Shown piece by piece: positions 24,582 to 37,655 of a DNA stretch of 64,000 nucleotides. Position 1 is the first letter of the stretch, and the number at the start of each line of letters is the position of its first letter. Source of the stretch: Mobula hypostoma (Eukaryota); contig NC_086097.1 in assembly GCF_963921235.1 (NCBI RefSeq), positions 31,684,001 to 31,748,000 on the forward strand. The letters run 5' to 3'. The position numbers and the translations under genes were made by a program. Below the pieces are notes generated by a model. It did not search any database and was not told where the DNA came from. It saw only the letters and a list, made by a program, of their open reading frames with translations.

Positions 24582-26640
24582 ACCCGGTAGTGCACCCGTG
24601 GCTGACAAGAGAAATTAGGGATAGTATCAATTCCAAAGAAGAAGCATACAAATTAGCCAGAGAAAGTGGCTCACCTGAGGACTGGGAGAAATTCAGAGTT
24701 CAGCAGAGGAGGACAAAGGGCTTAATTAGGAAGGGGAAAAAAGATTATGAGAGAAAACTGGCAGGGAACATAAAAACGGACTGTAAAAGCTTTCATAGAT
24801 ATGTAAAAAGGAAAAGACTGGTAAAGACAAATGTAGGTCCCCTACAGACAGAAACAGATGAATTGATTATGGGGAGCAAGGACATGGCAGACCAATTGAA
24901 TAATTACTTTGGTTCTGTCTTCACTAAGGAGGACATAAATAATCTTCCAGAAATAGTAGGGGACAGAGGGTCCAGTGAGATGGAGGAACTGAGCGAAATA
25001 CATGTTAGTAGGGAAGTGGTGTTAGGTAAATTGAAGGGATTGAAGGCAGATAAATCCCCAGGGCCAGATGGTCTGCATCCTAGAGTGCTTAAGGAAGTAG
25101 CCCAAGAAATAGTGGATGCATTAGTGATAATTTTTCAAAACTCGTTAGATTCTGGACTAGTTCCTGAGGATTGGAGGGTGGCTAATGTAACTCCACTTTT
25201 TAAAAAAGGAGGGAGAGAGAAACCGGGGAATTATAGACCGGTTAGCCTAATGGCGGTGGTGGGGAAACTGCTGGAGTCAGTTATCAAGGATGTGATAACA
25301 GCACATTTGGAAAGCCGTGAAATGATCGGACAAAGTCAGCATGGATTTGTGAAAGGAAAATCATGTCTGACGAATCTCATAAATTTTTTGAGGATGTAAC
25401 TAGTAGAGTGGATAGGGGAGAACCAGTGGATGTGGTATATTTGGATTTTCAAAAGGCTTTTGACAAGGTCCCACACAGGAGATTAGTGTGCAAACTTAAA
25501 GCACACGGTATTGGGGGTAAGGTATTGGTGTGGGTGGAGAATTGGTTAGCAGACAGGAAGCAAAGAGTGGGAATAAACGGGACCTTTTCAGAATGGCAGG
25601 CGGTGACTAGTGGGATACCGCAAGGCTCAGTGCTGGGACCCCAGTTGTTTACAATATATATTAATGACTTGGATGAGGGAATTAAATGCAGCATCTCCAA
25701 GTTTGCGGATGACACGAAGCTGGGTGGCAGTGTTAGCTGTGAGGAGGATGCTAAGAGGATGCAGGGTGACTTGGATAGGTTGGGTGAGTGGGCAAATTCA
25801 TGGCAGATGCAATTTAATGTGGATAAATGTGAAGTTATCCACTTTGGTGGCAAAAATAGGAAAACAGATTATTATCTGAATGGTGGCCGATTAGGAAAAG
25901 GGGAGGTGCAACGAGACCTGGGTGTCATTATACACCAGTCATTGAAAGTGAGCATGCAGGGACAGCAGGCGGTGAAAAAGGCGAATGGTATGCTGGCATT
26001 TATAGCGAGAGGATTCGAGTACAGGAGCAGGGAGGTACTACTGCAGTTGTACAAGGCCTTGGTGAGACCACACCTGGAGTATTGTGTGCAGTTTTGGTCC
26101 CCTAATCTGAGGAAAGACATCCTTGCCATAGAGGGAGTACAAAGAAGGTTCACCAGATTGATTCCTGGGATGGCAGGACTTTCATATGAAGAAAGACTGG
26201 ATGAACTGGGCTTGTACTCGTTGGAATTTAGAAGATTGAGGGGGGATCTGATTGAAACGTATAAGATCCTAAAGGGATTGGACAGGCTAGATGCAGGAAG
26301 ATTGTTCCTGATGTTGGGGAAGTCCAGAACGAGGGGCCACAGCTTGAGGATAGAGGGGAAGCCTTTTAGGACCGAGATTAGGAAAAACTTCTTCACACAG
26401 AGAGTGGTGAATCTGTGGAATTCTCTGCCACAGGCAACAGTTGAGGCCAGTTCATTGGCTATATTTAAGAGGGAGTTAGATATGGCCCTTGTGGCTACGG
26501 GGATCAGGGGGTATGGAGGGAAGGCTGGGGCGGGGTTCTGAGTTGGAGGATCAGCCATGATCATAATAAATGGCGGTACAGGCTCGAAGGGCCGAATGGC
26601 CTACTCCTGCACCTATTTTCTATGTTTCTATGTTTCTATA
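24582..26640 (+). mobile_element. CR1 LINE ORF2 (RT), 5'-truncated, one frameshift (~25385), intact 3' end
   Basis: ORFs 24590-25399 and 25363-26541 with DFQKAFD, PQGSVLGP, FADD; terminal (TTCTATGT) repeats 26618-26639. Confidence 0.95.
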
Positions 26641-26990
26641 TCTTCTTCCTCCTCCTCCCCTCTTCTATTCCCCACTCTGGCCTTTTGCCTCCTCTCATCT
26701 GTGTATCACTTCCCCTGGCTCCCCTCCTCCTTCCCTCTCTCCTATGGATCACTTCCCTCTCCTATCATATTCCTTCTTCTCCAGCCCTTTACTTTTCTCC
26801 CCACTCACCTGTCATCTTCTAGCTATCCTTCTTCCTCCAAACCCCGCTATTCCCCATCTTCTTTGTTCTGGTATCTTCCCCTTTCCTTTTCAGTCCTGAA
26901 GAAGAGTCTCAGCCGGAAACATTAACTCTTTACCCATTTCCATGGACGCTGCCTGACCTGCTGAGTTCCTCCAGCATTTTGTGTGTGTTG
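26641..26990 (+). mobile_element. Penelope-like 3' remnant, continuing from ~24535-24580 across the CR1 insertion
   Basis: 24538-24575 encodes LQPDGMNIDFS; the pyrimidine tract and terminal segment after the CR1 match the 4510-4880 copy. Confidence 0.75.
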
Positions 26991-27140
26991 TGATGCATTT
27001 CATTGTCTGCTTGCATGTAAATGTGATAAATAAACCTGAGGTGTCGCGTCACCACTCAACCAGGTGTTGTATCTCGCTCCAGTAATCAGGGATGTCATTA
27101 CCTCCTGAACAGCTACTGACTGCAGCTCCATCCTCTCCAG

Positions 27141-27257
27141 GTCACCTTGGATTCTCCACTGAAGGGTGCTCCTTTCTCCCAGGACCTGCTGCGCTCGAAA
27201 CCAGCGGATACAACACACTTGGATTACATGCGCCAGAATGAAGGTTCGGAGGCTGAG
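27141..27257 (+). CDS. Exon of CCDC170-like gene (VTLDSPLKGAPFSQDLLRSKPADTTHLDYMRQNEGSEAE)
   Basis: Acceptor CTCCATCCTCTCCAG, donor GTAACA; 117 nt, phase 0 to 0, open. Confidence 0.65.
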
Positions 27258-27650
27258 GTAACACTCACTTACGTTTGAGATGAACCTGATTTAATTTGGA
27301 ATGAGTTGGTAATTTTCCATGAGATTGAAAATCATTAATGTTGGGAACTGAACCTCGTTCAGTACTCCTGCTCCACCATCACCCTCCTCACTCCATTACC
27401 TTGCAATCCTGCACTGGCCATTAAGGCTTAGGAGGCCATTCTTTCCATCACATCAATGCTGTTCCACAAATAGATTAATTAACGTTAGAGTATAAGGAGG
27501 AGGCCACTCTGTCCGTTTACTGTCCACTATTCTATAAGATCATGGTTCATCCCATCTTGGCCTCAATACAGCACAGTCGAGTAGTGGTTAGCCCAGTGCT
27601 TTACAACACCAGCTCCATAGATACTTAGATAGTATCTATGGAGCTGGTGT

Positions 27651-29040
27651 AGATAGATACTTTATTGATCTCAAAGGAAATTACATTATCACAGTAGCGT
27701 TACAAGTGCACAGATATAGATATTAGAAGAGTAGTAGAAAGAATCAAAAATAAGTTACCACGAACAGCCTAACAGGAGGGGGTCATCACTTCCCCAGCTA
27801 TAGGCTGATTCATTATAGAGCCTAATGACTGACGGTAAGAATAACTTCATTTAAGTGCTCTTTGGAGCAGTGCAGTTGTCTTTGTCTATTACTAAAAGTG
27901 CTCCTCTGTTCTGCCAAGGTGGCATGCAGAGGGTAAGAAATATTATCCAGAATTGCTAGGATTTTCCATTGGGTCTTTTGTTCTACTAGAGCCCCCAGTG
28001 TGTCCAGTTTGACTCCTATAACAGAGCCAGCCTTTCTAATCAGTTTATTGAGCCTGTTGGCATCACCCGTGTTGATGCCATTGCCCCAGCATACCCCCAC
28101 ATAGAAGACTGTGCTGGCGACAATAGACTGGTAGAACATGTGAAGGAGAGGTCTGCATTCTCCAAAGGAGCTCAGTCTCCTCAGGAAGTAGAGGCGACTC
28201 TGGCCCTTCTTGTACACAGCCTCTGTGTTGGTGCTCCACTCAAGTCTGTCACCCAGGTGCACCCCCAGGTACTTGTAGGTCCTCACCACATCCACGTCCT
28301 CACCATTAATAGTACCAGAGAGCAGTGCAGGTTTAGTCTTCCTAAAGTCCATCACCATCTCCTTTGTCTGACTGATGTTGAGTTGCCAATGAGTCAGTTT
28401 GCACCATTTGACAAAGTCCTCCACCAGGGCCCTGTATTCATCTTCCCGTTCTCCCTTTATACACCAAACTATTGCTGAGTTATCAGAGTATTTCTGCAGG
28501 TGACATGACTCAGTGTTGTATCTGAAGTCTGAGGTATACAGGGTAAACAGTAAAGGAGCTAATACAGTCCCTGTGGGGCCCCAGTGCTGCTGATAGCCAT
28601 GTCTGACACACAGCTCTGAAGCCGCACAAACTGTGGTCTGCCAGTCAGGTAGTCCATTATCCAGGATACAATGGCCGTGCCAATCTGCATTGAATGGAGT
28701 TTCTCCCCCAGTAATGATGACTGTATGGTATTGAAGGCACTTGAGAAATCCATAAACATGATCCTCACAGTGCTGCCCTGCTTATCCAAATGGGAGTAAT
28801 TCAGCAGGTTGATGACAGCATCATCGACTCCAATGTGCTCCTGGTAGGCAAACTGCAGGGGATCGAAGGCTGATCTGACCACGGGATGGAAGCGAGCCAG
28901 GACCAGCCTGTCTGGGGTCTTCATGATGTATGAGGTTGGGGCCACTGGATAGTAGTCATTCAAGACTTTTAGTCTGCCCTTCTTGGGTCCTGGGACCACA
29001 CGTAATGTCTCCACACAACTGGGACTCTTTCCAGGCTGAG
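27651..29040 (-). mobile_element. Rex1/Babar-type LINE RT fragment
   Basis: ORFs 28559-29086 (DPLQFAY, MFMDFSSAFNTI, GAPQG) and 27822-28424 (YKYLGVHL, RLYFLRRL); LQKYSDNSAI between them; a related plus-strand piece lies at ~43730-44365. Confidence 0.9.
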
Positions 29041-30444
29041 ACCCAGATTGAAAGTGTGCTGGAGAGCTCCACACAGTGCTCAGCACACTCCTTCAGGACC
29101 TCAATCCTTCTGGGGTTCCATTCCTGACACTCCATGTAAGGAGCTTGTACGTGCTCCTAGTGACCACGTGGGTTTCCTCCAAGTATTCTGGTTTCCTCTC
29201 ACATTCCAAAGACACATGGATGGTCACATGGACATCATTGTGTGGCAGGGGCTCACCGGTCTGGGGTGTCCTGTTACTGTGCTGTATCTCTAAAAATAAA
29301 TAGGTAAAAACAACAAGGATAAAAATGTGGATGGGTGTAGAGAGTAAGTTTACAGTCATTATAGATATTAAGTGTTCATGGGTTCATGACATCTGATGGT
29401 GGAGGGGAAGAAACTGTTTTTGATTTGTTACATGTGGGTATTTGGTCTCCTGTACCTCCTCCCTGATGGTAGCAATGAGAAAAGGACATGCCCTGAGTGG
29501 TGAGGGTCCTTAATGATGGGTACCACCTTCTCGCAGCATTGCCTTTTACAGATGTCCTTGGTGGTGGGGAGGCAAGGGCCCATGATGGAGCTGGCTGATT
29601 GGCTGATGGAGCCGGCTGATTAGCTGATGGAGCTGGCTGATTAGCTGATGGAGCTTGTTGTTTTGTACTGAAGGGTTGATAGTATTGAACACTGAGCTAT
29701 TATCAATAAATAGTAGCCTGATGTGGGTGTCGCTGTTGTCTGGGTGGTCCAAGGCCAAGTGGAAAGCCAGTGAGATTACACCTGCACCAGACCTACTGTG
29801 GCAATAGGCAAATCGTAGCAGGTCCTGGTCCTTGCTCAGGCAGGAGTTAGCCATGGTGCATGTTGCTTGGCAAGTTAGTGAGTTGTCAGTGGGTTTCAGA
29901 GTTGGAATTCTGTGTGGGCGGGAGGAACAAGTTCAGCATGAGCTCCTGGGTTCACAGATTGGTGGGTCTGGTGATGGAGGCCTCGAGTTCAGTGATTGGT
30001 GTGTCCTGGGATCCACGGCAGGGACTAAGGCCCAAGGATGAACTAGACGTCCAGCAATTGAGGCCCGTTTCCCGAAGCTGCGTCTGCAAATCTCTGTGAG
30101 TCCGCTGGGGAGGTTAAAGCCTGGTGCCCGCAGGCTCTGAGTCCAAGTTCAAGTCTGCTGGAGGCTCGGGGCCTGTCCTGGGGTTAAAGAATTGGCAATG
30201 GCCTGGGTGGGAGGGAGGAACCCAGCTCATTTTATTTTTGTTGCTTGTTGTGTCCTGTACAGTTCTTCTGAGCCAGAATGTGTGGTGACAGTTGTGGGTT
30301 GCTCCCAGTACATCCTTGGGTGTGGTTATTGTGGACACTAATGCTTTTCACTGTATGTTTTGATGTGCACGTGACAAATAAACTTGAGTTTTGAATCTTG
30401 AATCTTGCCTGCTGAGGGGTGACTTCAGTTTGCTGCTGTTCCAG

Positions 30445-30701
30445 GTCAGGAAACTCCGGGATCGGCTGAAAGCCAACGCGGCTGCGATGTGGAAGCTCCA
30501 AGGTGAACTGGAGAGGTACAAGGAGAATGACGCCCAGCAGACTGCACTCCTGCAGTCTCTCAGGGATCGTGTGAGGCAGACGCAGGGATCCTCGGAATCA
30601 GTGGTCAGCACCAAAACCCAAGTCAACTCCAGCATCCGGAGTCTGCAGGGGGAGAACCAGGAGCTGAGGGACAGGGTGTCAGAGCTTGAGGAGCGACTCA
30701 G
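30445..30701 (+). CDS. CCDC170: CCDC170-like coiled-coil protein, exon (257 nt)
   Basis: VRKLRDRL...ELERYKENDAQQTALLQSLRDRV...ENQELRDRVSELEERL resembles human CCDC170 LQDLRSKM...EMESYKENNARKSSLLTSLRDRV...ENQELKKKVVELNEKL (recalled from memory); CAG/GTAGGC; phase 0 to 2; orthology versus paralogy unresolved. Confidence 0.9.
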
Positions 30702-30739
30702 GTAGGCCTCGCTCATGACTCCATATCTTGCTCCAGTTA

Positions 30740-31415
30740 CTGACACACACTGGGGGTGCCCTGTTCTCCACCCTGGGGTGCTGACCCTCAGGTCCCACCC
30801 ACACTGGAGTGCTAATTCTCATAGGGAGATGCCCCTGCCATCCAGTGCCTCACTTATTGATGTCCCTCCCCACCCCTCCGAGGGATGGGCCCTACCTCTC
30901 CCCTCACTGAGGGATGTCTCCTCCCACACCCACTCTGGGTGCTGACCCTCACTGAAAAACAGGTTCCTCCCCTCCCTCACTGAGAGATGGGTCCCCTCCC
31001 TACTCTAGGGCATTGATCCACTCTGGCCGAATAGGTTCATCCCGACCCAAAGGTGCTGACCCTCTCTGGGGGACAGCAACCTCCCCACCCAGGGGTGCTA
31101 TCCTCTAGTGCCTCACTGAGGGATGAGGCCCTCCTCACCCTTCCGTCACTGGGAGACGGCTCCTGCTCACACCTGGAAACTGACTCGCTCTGGGGAATGG
31201 GTTATTCCCCACCCTAGGGTGCTGACCCTCGCTTGGGTATGGCTCCCTCCCCTCTCAAGGGTACTGACTCTCGGTGGGGGGGGGGAGGTGGTGGTGAGGT
31301 GTGGGAACAATTCAGGTGCCCACATAGGGATGGGTCTCTCCCCACCCCAGGGTGCTGATTCATATTGGGACAGGTGCCTCCCCAGCACAGGGTGTGCTGA
31401 CTCTCTCTGGGATGT
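30740..31415. repeat. Degenerate GC-rich tandem array filling a short intron
   Basis: About 10 variants of GGGTGCTGACCCTC(ACTGGG), e.g. near 30776, 30937, 31052, 31217, 31259, 31350. Confidence 0.7.
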
Positions 31416-31579
31416 GAAAGTGATGATGGGAAAGACTGGACACTGGGGAACGGGGAATGAAGGCAAAGGAGGGGGTGGATGGGGCAGGGCTCGGTGAGGA
31501 GGAAGATTTGGAGAAGTTGGGTCGGTCTGGGATCAGGTCTGGATGTCTCCCTGATCCAATCACCGACTCCTCTGGGCAG

Positions 31580-31724
31580 GCTGCACCTTCGGGAGAGGGA
31601 GCAGAGTGAGCAGAGGGCAGTCAGTGCAGAGAGGAGACTCGCTGGCTACACTGAGAAGCTCGCCCGGGGGCTGAACGAGGATACCGATGGGCAACGCGAC
31701 CCACTTGACTACCTGACCAACAGG
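31580..31724 (+). CDS. CCDC170: CCDC170-like exon (145 nt)
   Basis: LHLREREQSEQRAVSAERRLAGYTEKLARGLNEDTDGQRDPLDYLTNR; CAG/GTGAGT; phase 2 to 0 matches both neighbours. Confidence 0.85.
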
Positions 31725-31876
31725 GTGAGTATGGAGACAGCCTCAGATGGGAGGCAGGGGACACCATTTAATCCTCTAGCCTGTTACCGGGGTCCAGAGG
31801 AAAGATGGACCTCACCCTGGACTGTGTGGGCCAAATGAACATTGCTTATACAGGCAACGTGGAGCATCAGGACATA

Positions 31877-32684
31877 CAGCGGATTCCGGTTAATTGAGCC
31901 ATTGGTTAATTGTGGAAGCCTCTTATTAGGGACAACTCTTAAAGAACAAGAATTCATTGAGAAAATGGCCAGTATTCCCTTTGTTATTTACGACTCTCCG
32001 CTGCTTAATTGGGGACTGTTGCTGAACAGTTTCTAACTAGCGACAGTTACGTGCATTTCTGTGGCTCTTAGATGCTACACCGTACTTAGAGTGAACAGGT
32101 TTTAAATAGAGTCAGTTGCGTGCCTTTGTGTACAAAAAGCAGTGATTTTTGCCGCTGATATTTGGTGAAAAATAAACAGTAAGACAGTTCAGAACTGTTT
32201 TGCTCACTGCGTTTTCAAGCACTTAGGCTTGGAGATGCTCAAAATGAAATGAATTCACTACTTCAACAAGTTAGGAACTACGAAGAATTTGAAGGTATCG
32301 ACAATCATCCTGAATGTTACAATGAAAATAAAGATTTGTAGGATGCATTCGTCAGTAGCATCGTATGAAGGCAGTCCATTATCTGCACTGGGTGTCTGAG
32401 CTGATTTTGTTAATTTACAGTCGATCAACAGAACATGACAGTGTACGCTGGAGGAATTCCTCTGTGGATAACTATGAGGAAATAATACACAATTTTGTAG
32501 TATTGGTAGTGTTCCAATTTGCTCTGTATTTTATTTAAATACATAATTTGGCACAGTTAAGTGGTAGTTTGTCTTTTTTAATATTTTTGAACTACTTCCA
32601 TGAAAATACAGCTAATTGTGGCAGCCGTTTAATTAGGCCAAAATGTACTGTTCCTGATGTGTCCCAATTAAGTGGAATCCACTG
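31877..32684. mobile_element. pogo/Tigger-like non-autonomous DNA transposon (808 bp)
   Basis: TIRs CAGCGGATTCCGGTTAATTG / CAATTAAGTGGAATCCACTG; TA on the left flank; internal acidic remnant EEFEGIDNHPECYNENKDL. Confidence 0.75.
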
Positions 32685-35600
32685 GATTAGAAACAGGAGC
32701 CCTCCATGGAGCCTTTCAGATCCATTCAATCATTCACATTTATGTATTTATTTATCCACATGTACATTGAAGCATCCAGTGAAATGTCGTTTGTGTTAAC
32801 AACCGACACAACCTAAGGGTGTGCCGAGGTTAGTCCGCATGGGTCGCCGCACATTCTGGAGCTAACAAAGCATACCCACGATGTTCAGAACAACACAGGC
32901 AGCGAGAGCACCAGCAACAGTAAAACAAGCCCCCTTTCCCACCCCTCCCACCCACCCACAAACACGGTTTTATCAGAATCAGGATCAGAGGTCTATTATC
33001 ACTGACATGTGTTGTGAACTTTGTTTTGTGGCCATAGTAACAGTCCAATATGTTATGAGTATTACAAGTTACAATAAGAAATAAACAAGTAGTGCAATGA
33101 GAGAGCAGAATAGTGAGGCAGTGTTCATGGACCATGCAGACATCTGATGGCAGACGGGAAGAAGCTGTTCCTAAAACATTGAGTGTTGACCTTCAGGCTC
33201 CTGGACATCCTCCCTGATGGTAGTAATGAGAAGAGGTGATTCAGGAACAACTTCTTCTTCTCTGCCATTTGATTCCTAAATGGATATTGAACCCATGAAC
33301 ACTACCTCACTTTTTAAAATATATACTATTTCTGTTTTTTGCATGATTTTTAATCTATTCAATTTATGTATACTGTAATTAATTTATTAATTTATTATTA
33401 TTATTATTTTTCCTATATTATGTATTGCTTTGAACTGCTGCTGCTAGGTTAACAAATTTCAGGACACGTGCTGGTGATAATAAACCTGATTCTGATTCTG
33501 ATCCTGTCCTGGATGAGGGTGTTCATGCTGGATGCCACCTTCTTGCGGAAACAGCCTCCCATCAGCTCCCACCAATCCCTCTAAGAGACCTTTGTATTTC
33601 AGGAAGCTCGTCTCATAGTTCTCTAACCTGCAGTGAGTATGGGCACCTCCTCAATTTCTCCTGATAGGATGGGTCAGGAATTAGTGTCACAAATCCACAC
33701 AGTACTGACTCCAAGTTTATTATATCCTTCTCCTGGGAGACGGACCAAAACTTCATTTATTAGTCCAGCTAGGATCTTGTTGGATGCCGTAGCAATTTTT
33801 CTTTGCTCGGTACATATTTCTCAGCAATAAAGACCAACAAATTTTACTTTTTAAATAGCTGTTTAGTTTCTATGTCTTCTGAACCAGCACTCCCAGATTC
33901 CTCTGATCAACTACAGTCATCAATTCCTCATTGTTAATGTCATTCGTGTTCCTGTCAGATATGTTTTATTTACAGAGAGCAGTGGGAGTGCAGCACATTC
34001 TGCCCAGGGTGGTGGTAGAGGCAGATACATTAGGGACAAGTAAGAGACTCTTAGGCACATGAATGATAGCGAAATGGAAGGATCCGTGGGAGGAAAGCGT
34101 TAGACTGAGAGTAGGTTAAAAGGCCAGCACAATATTGTGGGCCAAAGGAGCTGTACTATGCTGTAATGTTTTATGTTCTATGTTCTATTTTCCCTCTGGC
34201 ACTTCATCATAGACACAGAGCTACAGGCCCTTCAGCCCCACTCATCAATGCTGACCAAGTTACCTGTGTGAGCTAGTCCCATTTGCCTGCATTTGGCCCA
34301 TATTCCCCTAAACCTTTCCTATCTGTGTAGCTGTCTAAATGCCCTTTCAATGTCATACTGCCCTTCACAGCTACTTCTGGCATTTCAGTCCATCTGTGTG
34401 AAATAGTTGCCCCTCAGTTCCCCTTGAAATCTGACCCCTCTCACTTCAATCCTTAAGGTTTGGACTCCTCATGCTGGGGAAAAGACTGTGGCTATTCACC
34501 TTATTTATGCCCCTCATGATTTTACATACCGCGAGAAGGCCAGCTCAGCCTCTTTCACTCCAGAGAAAACCATGATCACAGCCATGATCACAGTGAATGG
34601 CGGTGCTGGCTTGAAGGGCCCAATGGCCTACTCCTGCACCTATTGTCTGTTGTCTAAAACTGTCCCAGCTTATCAGCCTCCCCTCATAAACAAGCCCTCC
34701 AGCCTCAGTAACATCCTCATAAATCTTTGTTTTTCACTCTTTCCGGTTTAATGTCATTCTTCCTATAGCCGGGTGAGCAGAACTGCACACTGCACTCCAG
34801 GTGTGACCTTAGACATCTTGTACAACTGTAACGTGACATTCTATCTTCCTGTATGTACACCGCTCACTCTCCTGCCACCTCCAACTCCCCCAGCAAGCCT
34901 GGTGACAGTAACGCAGATCTTTCGTCCAGATCATTAACATAAATTGTTAACAGCTGAGAACTCTGTATCGATCCCTGCGACAACCCATTTGTGACAGTCT
35001 GCCAGTCTGAAAATAACCCGATTAACTTGCAAAGGTTGATTGGTGGAGGCTGTTTGCAAGTAAAGGGATGTCTGGCAAGTGGGAAGCTTTTCAAAAGGGA
35101 GATAAGAAGAGTTCAGGGCCAGCGTGTTCCTGTCAGAGTGAAGAGCAAGGCCGACAGGATTAGGGACTCTTGGGTGACAAGGGATATTTCGGCTCTGGTT
35201 AGGAAAAATAATAGATTAAAAATTAGCTTTATTTGTTACATGTACCTTGAAAGGTACAGTGAAATGCGTCGTTTGCATCAATGCTCAGCACGGTACAAGG
35301 ATGCGCAGGGGCAGCCTGAACGTTTCACTGCAGTTCAAACACCACATAGCATGCCCACAACTCAGTAACCCAGAGATCTTGGAAAGATGAGAGGAAGCCA
35401 GATCTCCAAGCGGATACTCGCAAGGTCACGGGGAAAATGTGCAGATTCCTTATAGACAGCGGCAGGAACTGAGTTGCATTATCAGGTCACCAGTGCTGTA
35501 ATAGCGTTATGCTAACCGCTACACTACCACCCCGTCCTCATTACTTGGGACATTTTGATGCTCCAAGATGCTTGATCTCACACATGTCTGTATTTAGTTC

Positions 35601-35864
35601 CATCTTCACCCATTTTCCCAGCTGATCCATGCCCTGCAGCATCTTGAGACAACTTTCTTTGCTATCTGCTACTCCACTAGCAAATTTACTAATCTTGCCG
35701 CATACATTCATAGAAAATAGAATGCAATTCATTTATATATCTGACAATCCCCATGGTATGCCACTTAATTCTGACTTCCAGTCAGAACATTACTTTTGAC
35801 CAATATTTTCTGCCTCCTATCACCAAGTCGTGAATGCATTTAGAACTCTGAAGCCGATTTTCAA

Positions 35865-36710
35865 AGTTCAGAGATCAAAGTATGTACACTATATACAACC
35901 TTGAGATTCGTCTCCTTATAGGCAGCCACAACACCAAGAACCCCAATAGAACCTATTAAAGAGAAGTCTATCAAACACTCAATGTGCAAAAGTAAAAGCA
36001 AATTGTACAAACAATAAAAGTAAGCAAATAACATTCAGATCTGAAGTTGACGAAAGTGAGTCCACTGCCAAGAAGCCAGTCACAGCCGATCCGTTAGTTA
36101 CAGGCCACAGCCTCAGTTTGGGGTAGAGATGAGTGAGGCCTGCAGAGCAGAGAGCCAAACATCAGCCTCTGGCCCCGACACCCTGACCTTTTCAATTTGG
36201 CCCGGTGCTTAAATTGACCAAACAGCATGTCGTCCCTTTGCTCTCTGACCCGGGCCCTGCTGCTTCGATGTGCTCTTGGGCTCTGGACCCCTCACCTCAA
36301 CTCAGACCGTACCCGACCTTTCAAACATGGCCCGGAGCTTAAATCGGTCAGACATTGCCTTGTTCCTTGCTCTCAAGCCCAGGCCCCACCGCCTCAGCTC
36401 CATCTCGCCTCGGTTTTGCCGCTTCAAGTGCATTCCAGCAACGGCTATACGTTGGTCTCCTTCTCCACTCTTTGTCCCGGGCCACGCCATCTCAATTCGG
36501 CCTGTACATGCCACGCCGCGACCGTCCTGCACTTTTGGGACTTCAGTTCCCACCACAAAAATGCTAGGTCACCCAGATGGTTCCAAAGCTCAACTCCGAA
36601 AGGGAAGTACTAGGCTGTTGATTGCAGTGGTCTTCTTCCAGAAAAAAGGTGTGATCAATAAAGTAGTTGGTAGCTTTGTCATCGCTGTACTTTGCCAGTG
36701 CCGTCCTAAA
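35865..36710 (-). mobile_element. Non-autonomous LINE-derived repeat (same 3' end as 1410-2142)
   Basis: Shared 3' terminal sequence; CpG-rich 5' half; no credible ORF. Confidence 0.5.
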
Positions 36711-37655
36711 CCTTCCTGTGCTTTAATCAATCCTTTATCCCCTGTGAGAGCTTGTACTATGCAACAGCCTGTAATCTACAAGAGTCACATTCATTAGTTA
36801 CACCTAATCTTCTCTGCTCATCGCATCCTCAGGAAACTGCTTGTTTTTAAAAATAAGTTTATTTAGAGATACAGCACAGTAACAGGATCTTCCAGCCCAA
36901 AGAGCCCTCACCACTCAGCCTCACCCATGTGACCAATTAACCTACTAACCCTGATGTCTTTGGAATGTGGGAGGAAACCAGAGCACAGGGAAGAGACCCA
37001 AACAGTCACCGGAAGAACGTATGCAGTCAGCGGTGGGAATCGAACCCCAGTCACTGGCACTGTAACACCAGTGCACTAACTGGTACACTACTGTGCTTCC
37101 CTGCCCCCCCCCCGCCACCAACACTTTTATCAATCTCAAACCTCCCTTCGTAAAATATGTTGACGTTGCATAATCCTGTTACCACATCCTCAATAATGGA
37201 TTCCAGCTTTTGGCCAAAAACAGATGTCTGGATAACTGCTCTATAGCATTTCTTCTCTCCCTTTCTAGATCACAGTTTTTAATTTACTACTTTCAAACCT
37301 ATAGGGACCCTTCCAGATCTAGGAAATAAAGACAGGCATTTTCTCAGCAGCCACCCCTTCTAGAAAGTGCAGGCTGCAAATCCATAACAGAGGTAAGTAG
37401 GAATTTTTTTTTAGCCAGAGAGTAGTATATCTGTGGAAGGCTCTGCCACAGTCTGAGGTGGAGGCTAAGTCTGTGGGTAGACTGTATTTAAAGTGGAAGA
37501 TGATAGTTTCCTGATCAGTCAGGGCATCAAAGGATATGGTGAGAAGGCAGGTGTATGGGGTTTAGTGGGATGCAGGATCAGCCATGATGGAATAGTGCAG
37601 CAGGCCTGATGGGCTGAATGGCCTAATTCTGCTCATATGCCTTATGGTCTTATGG

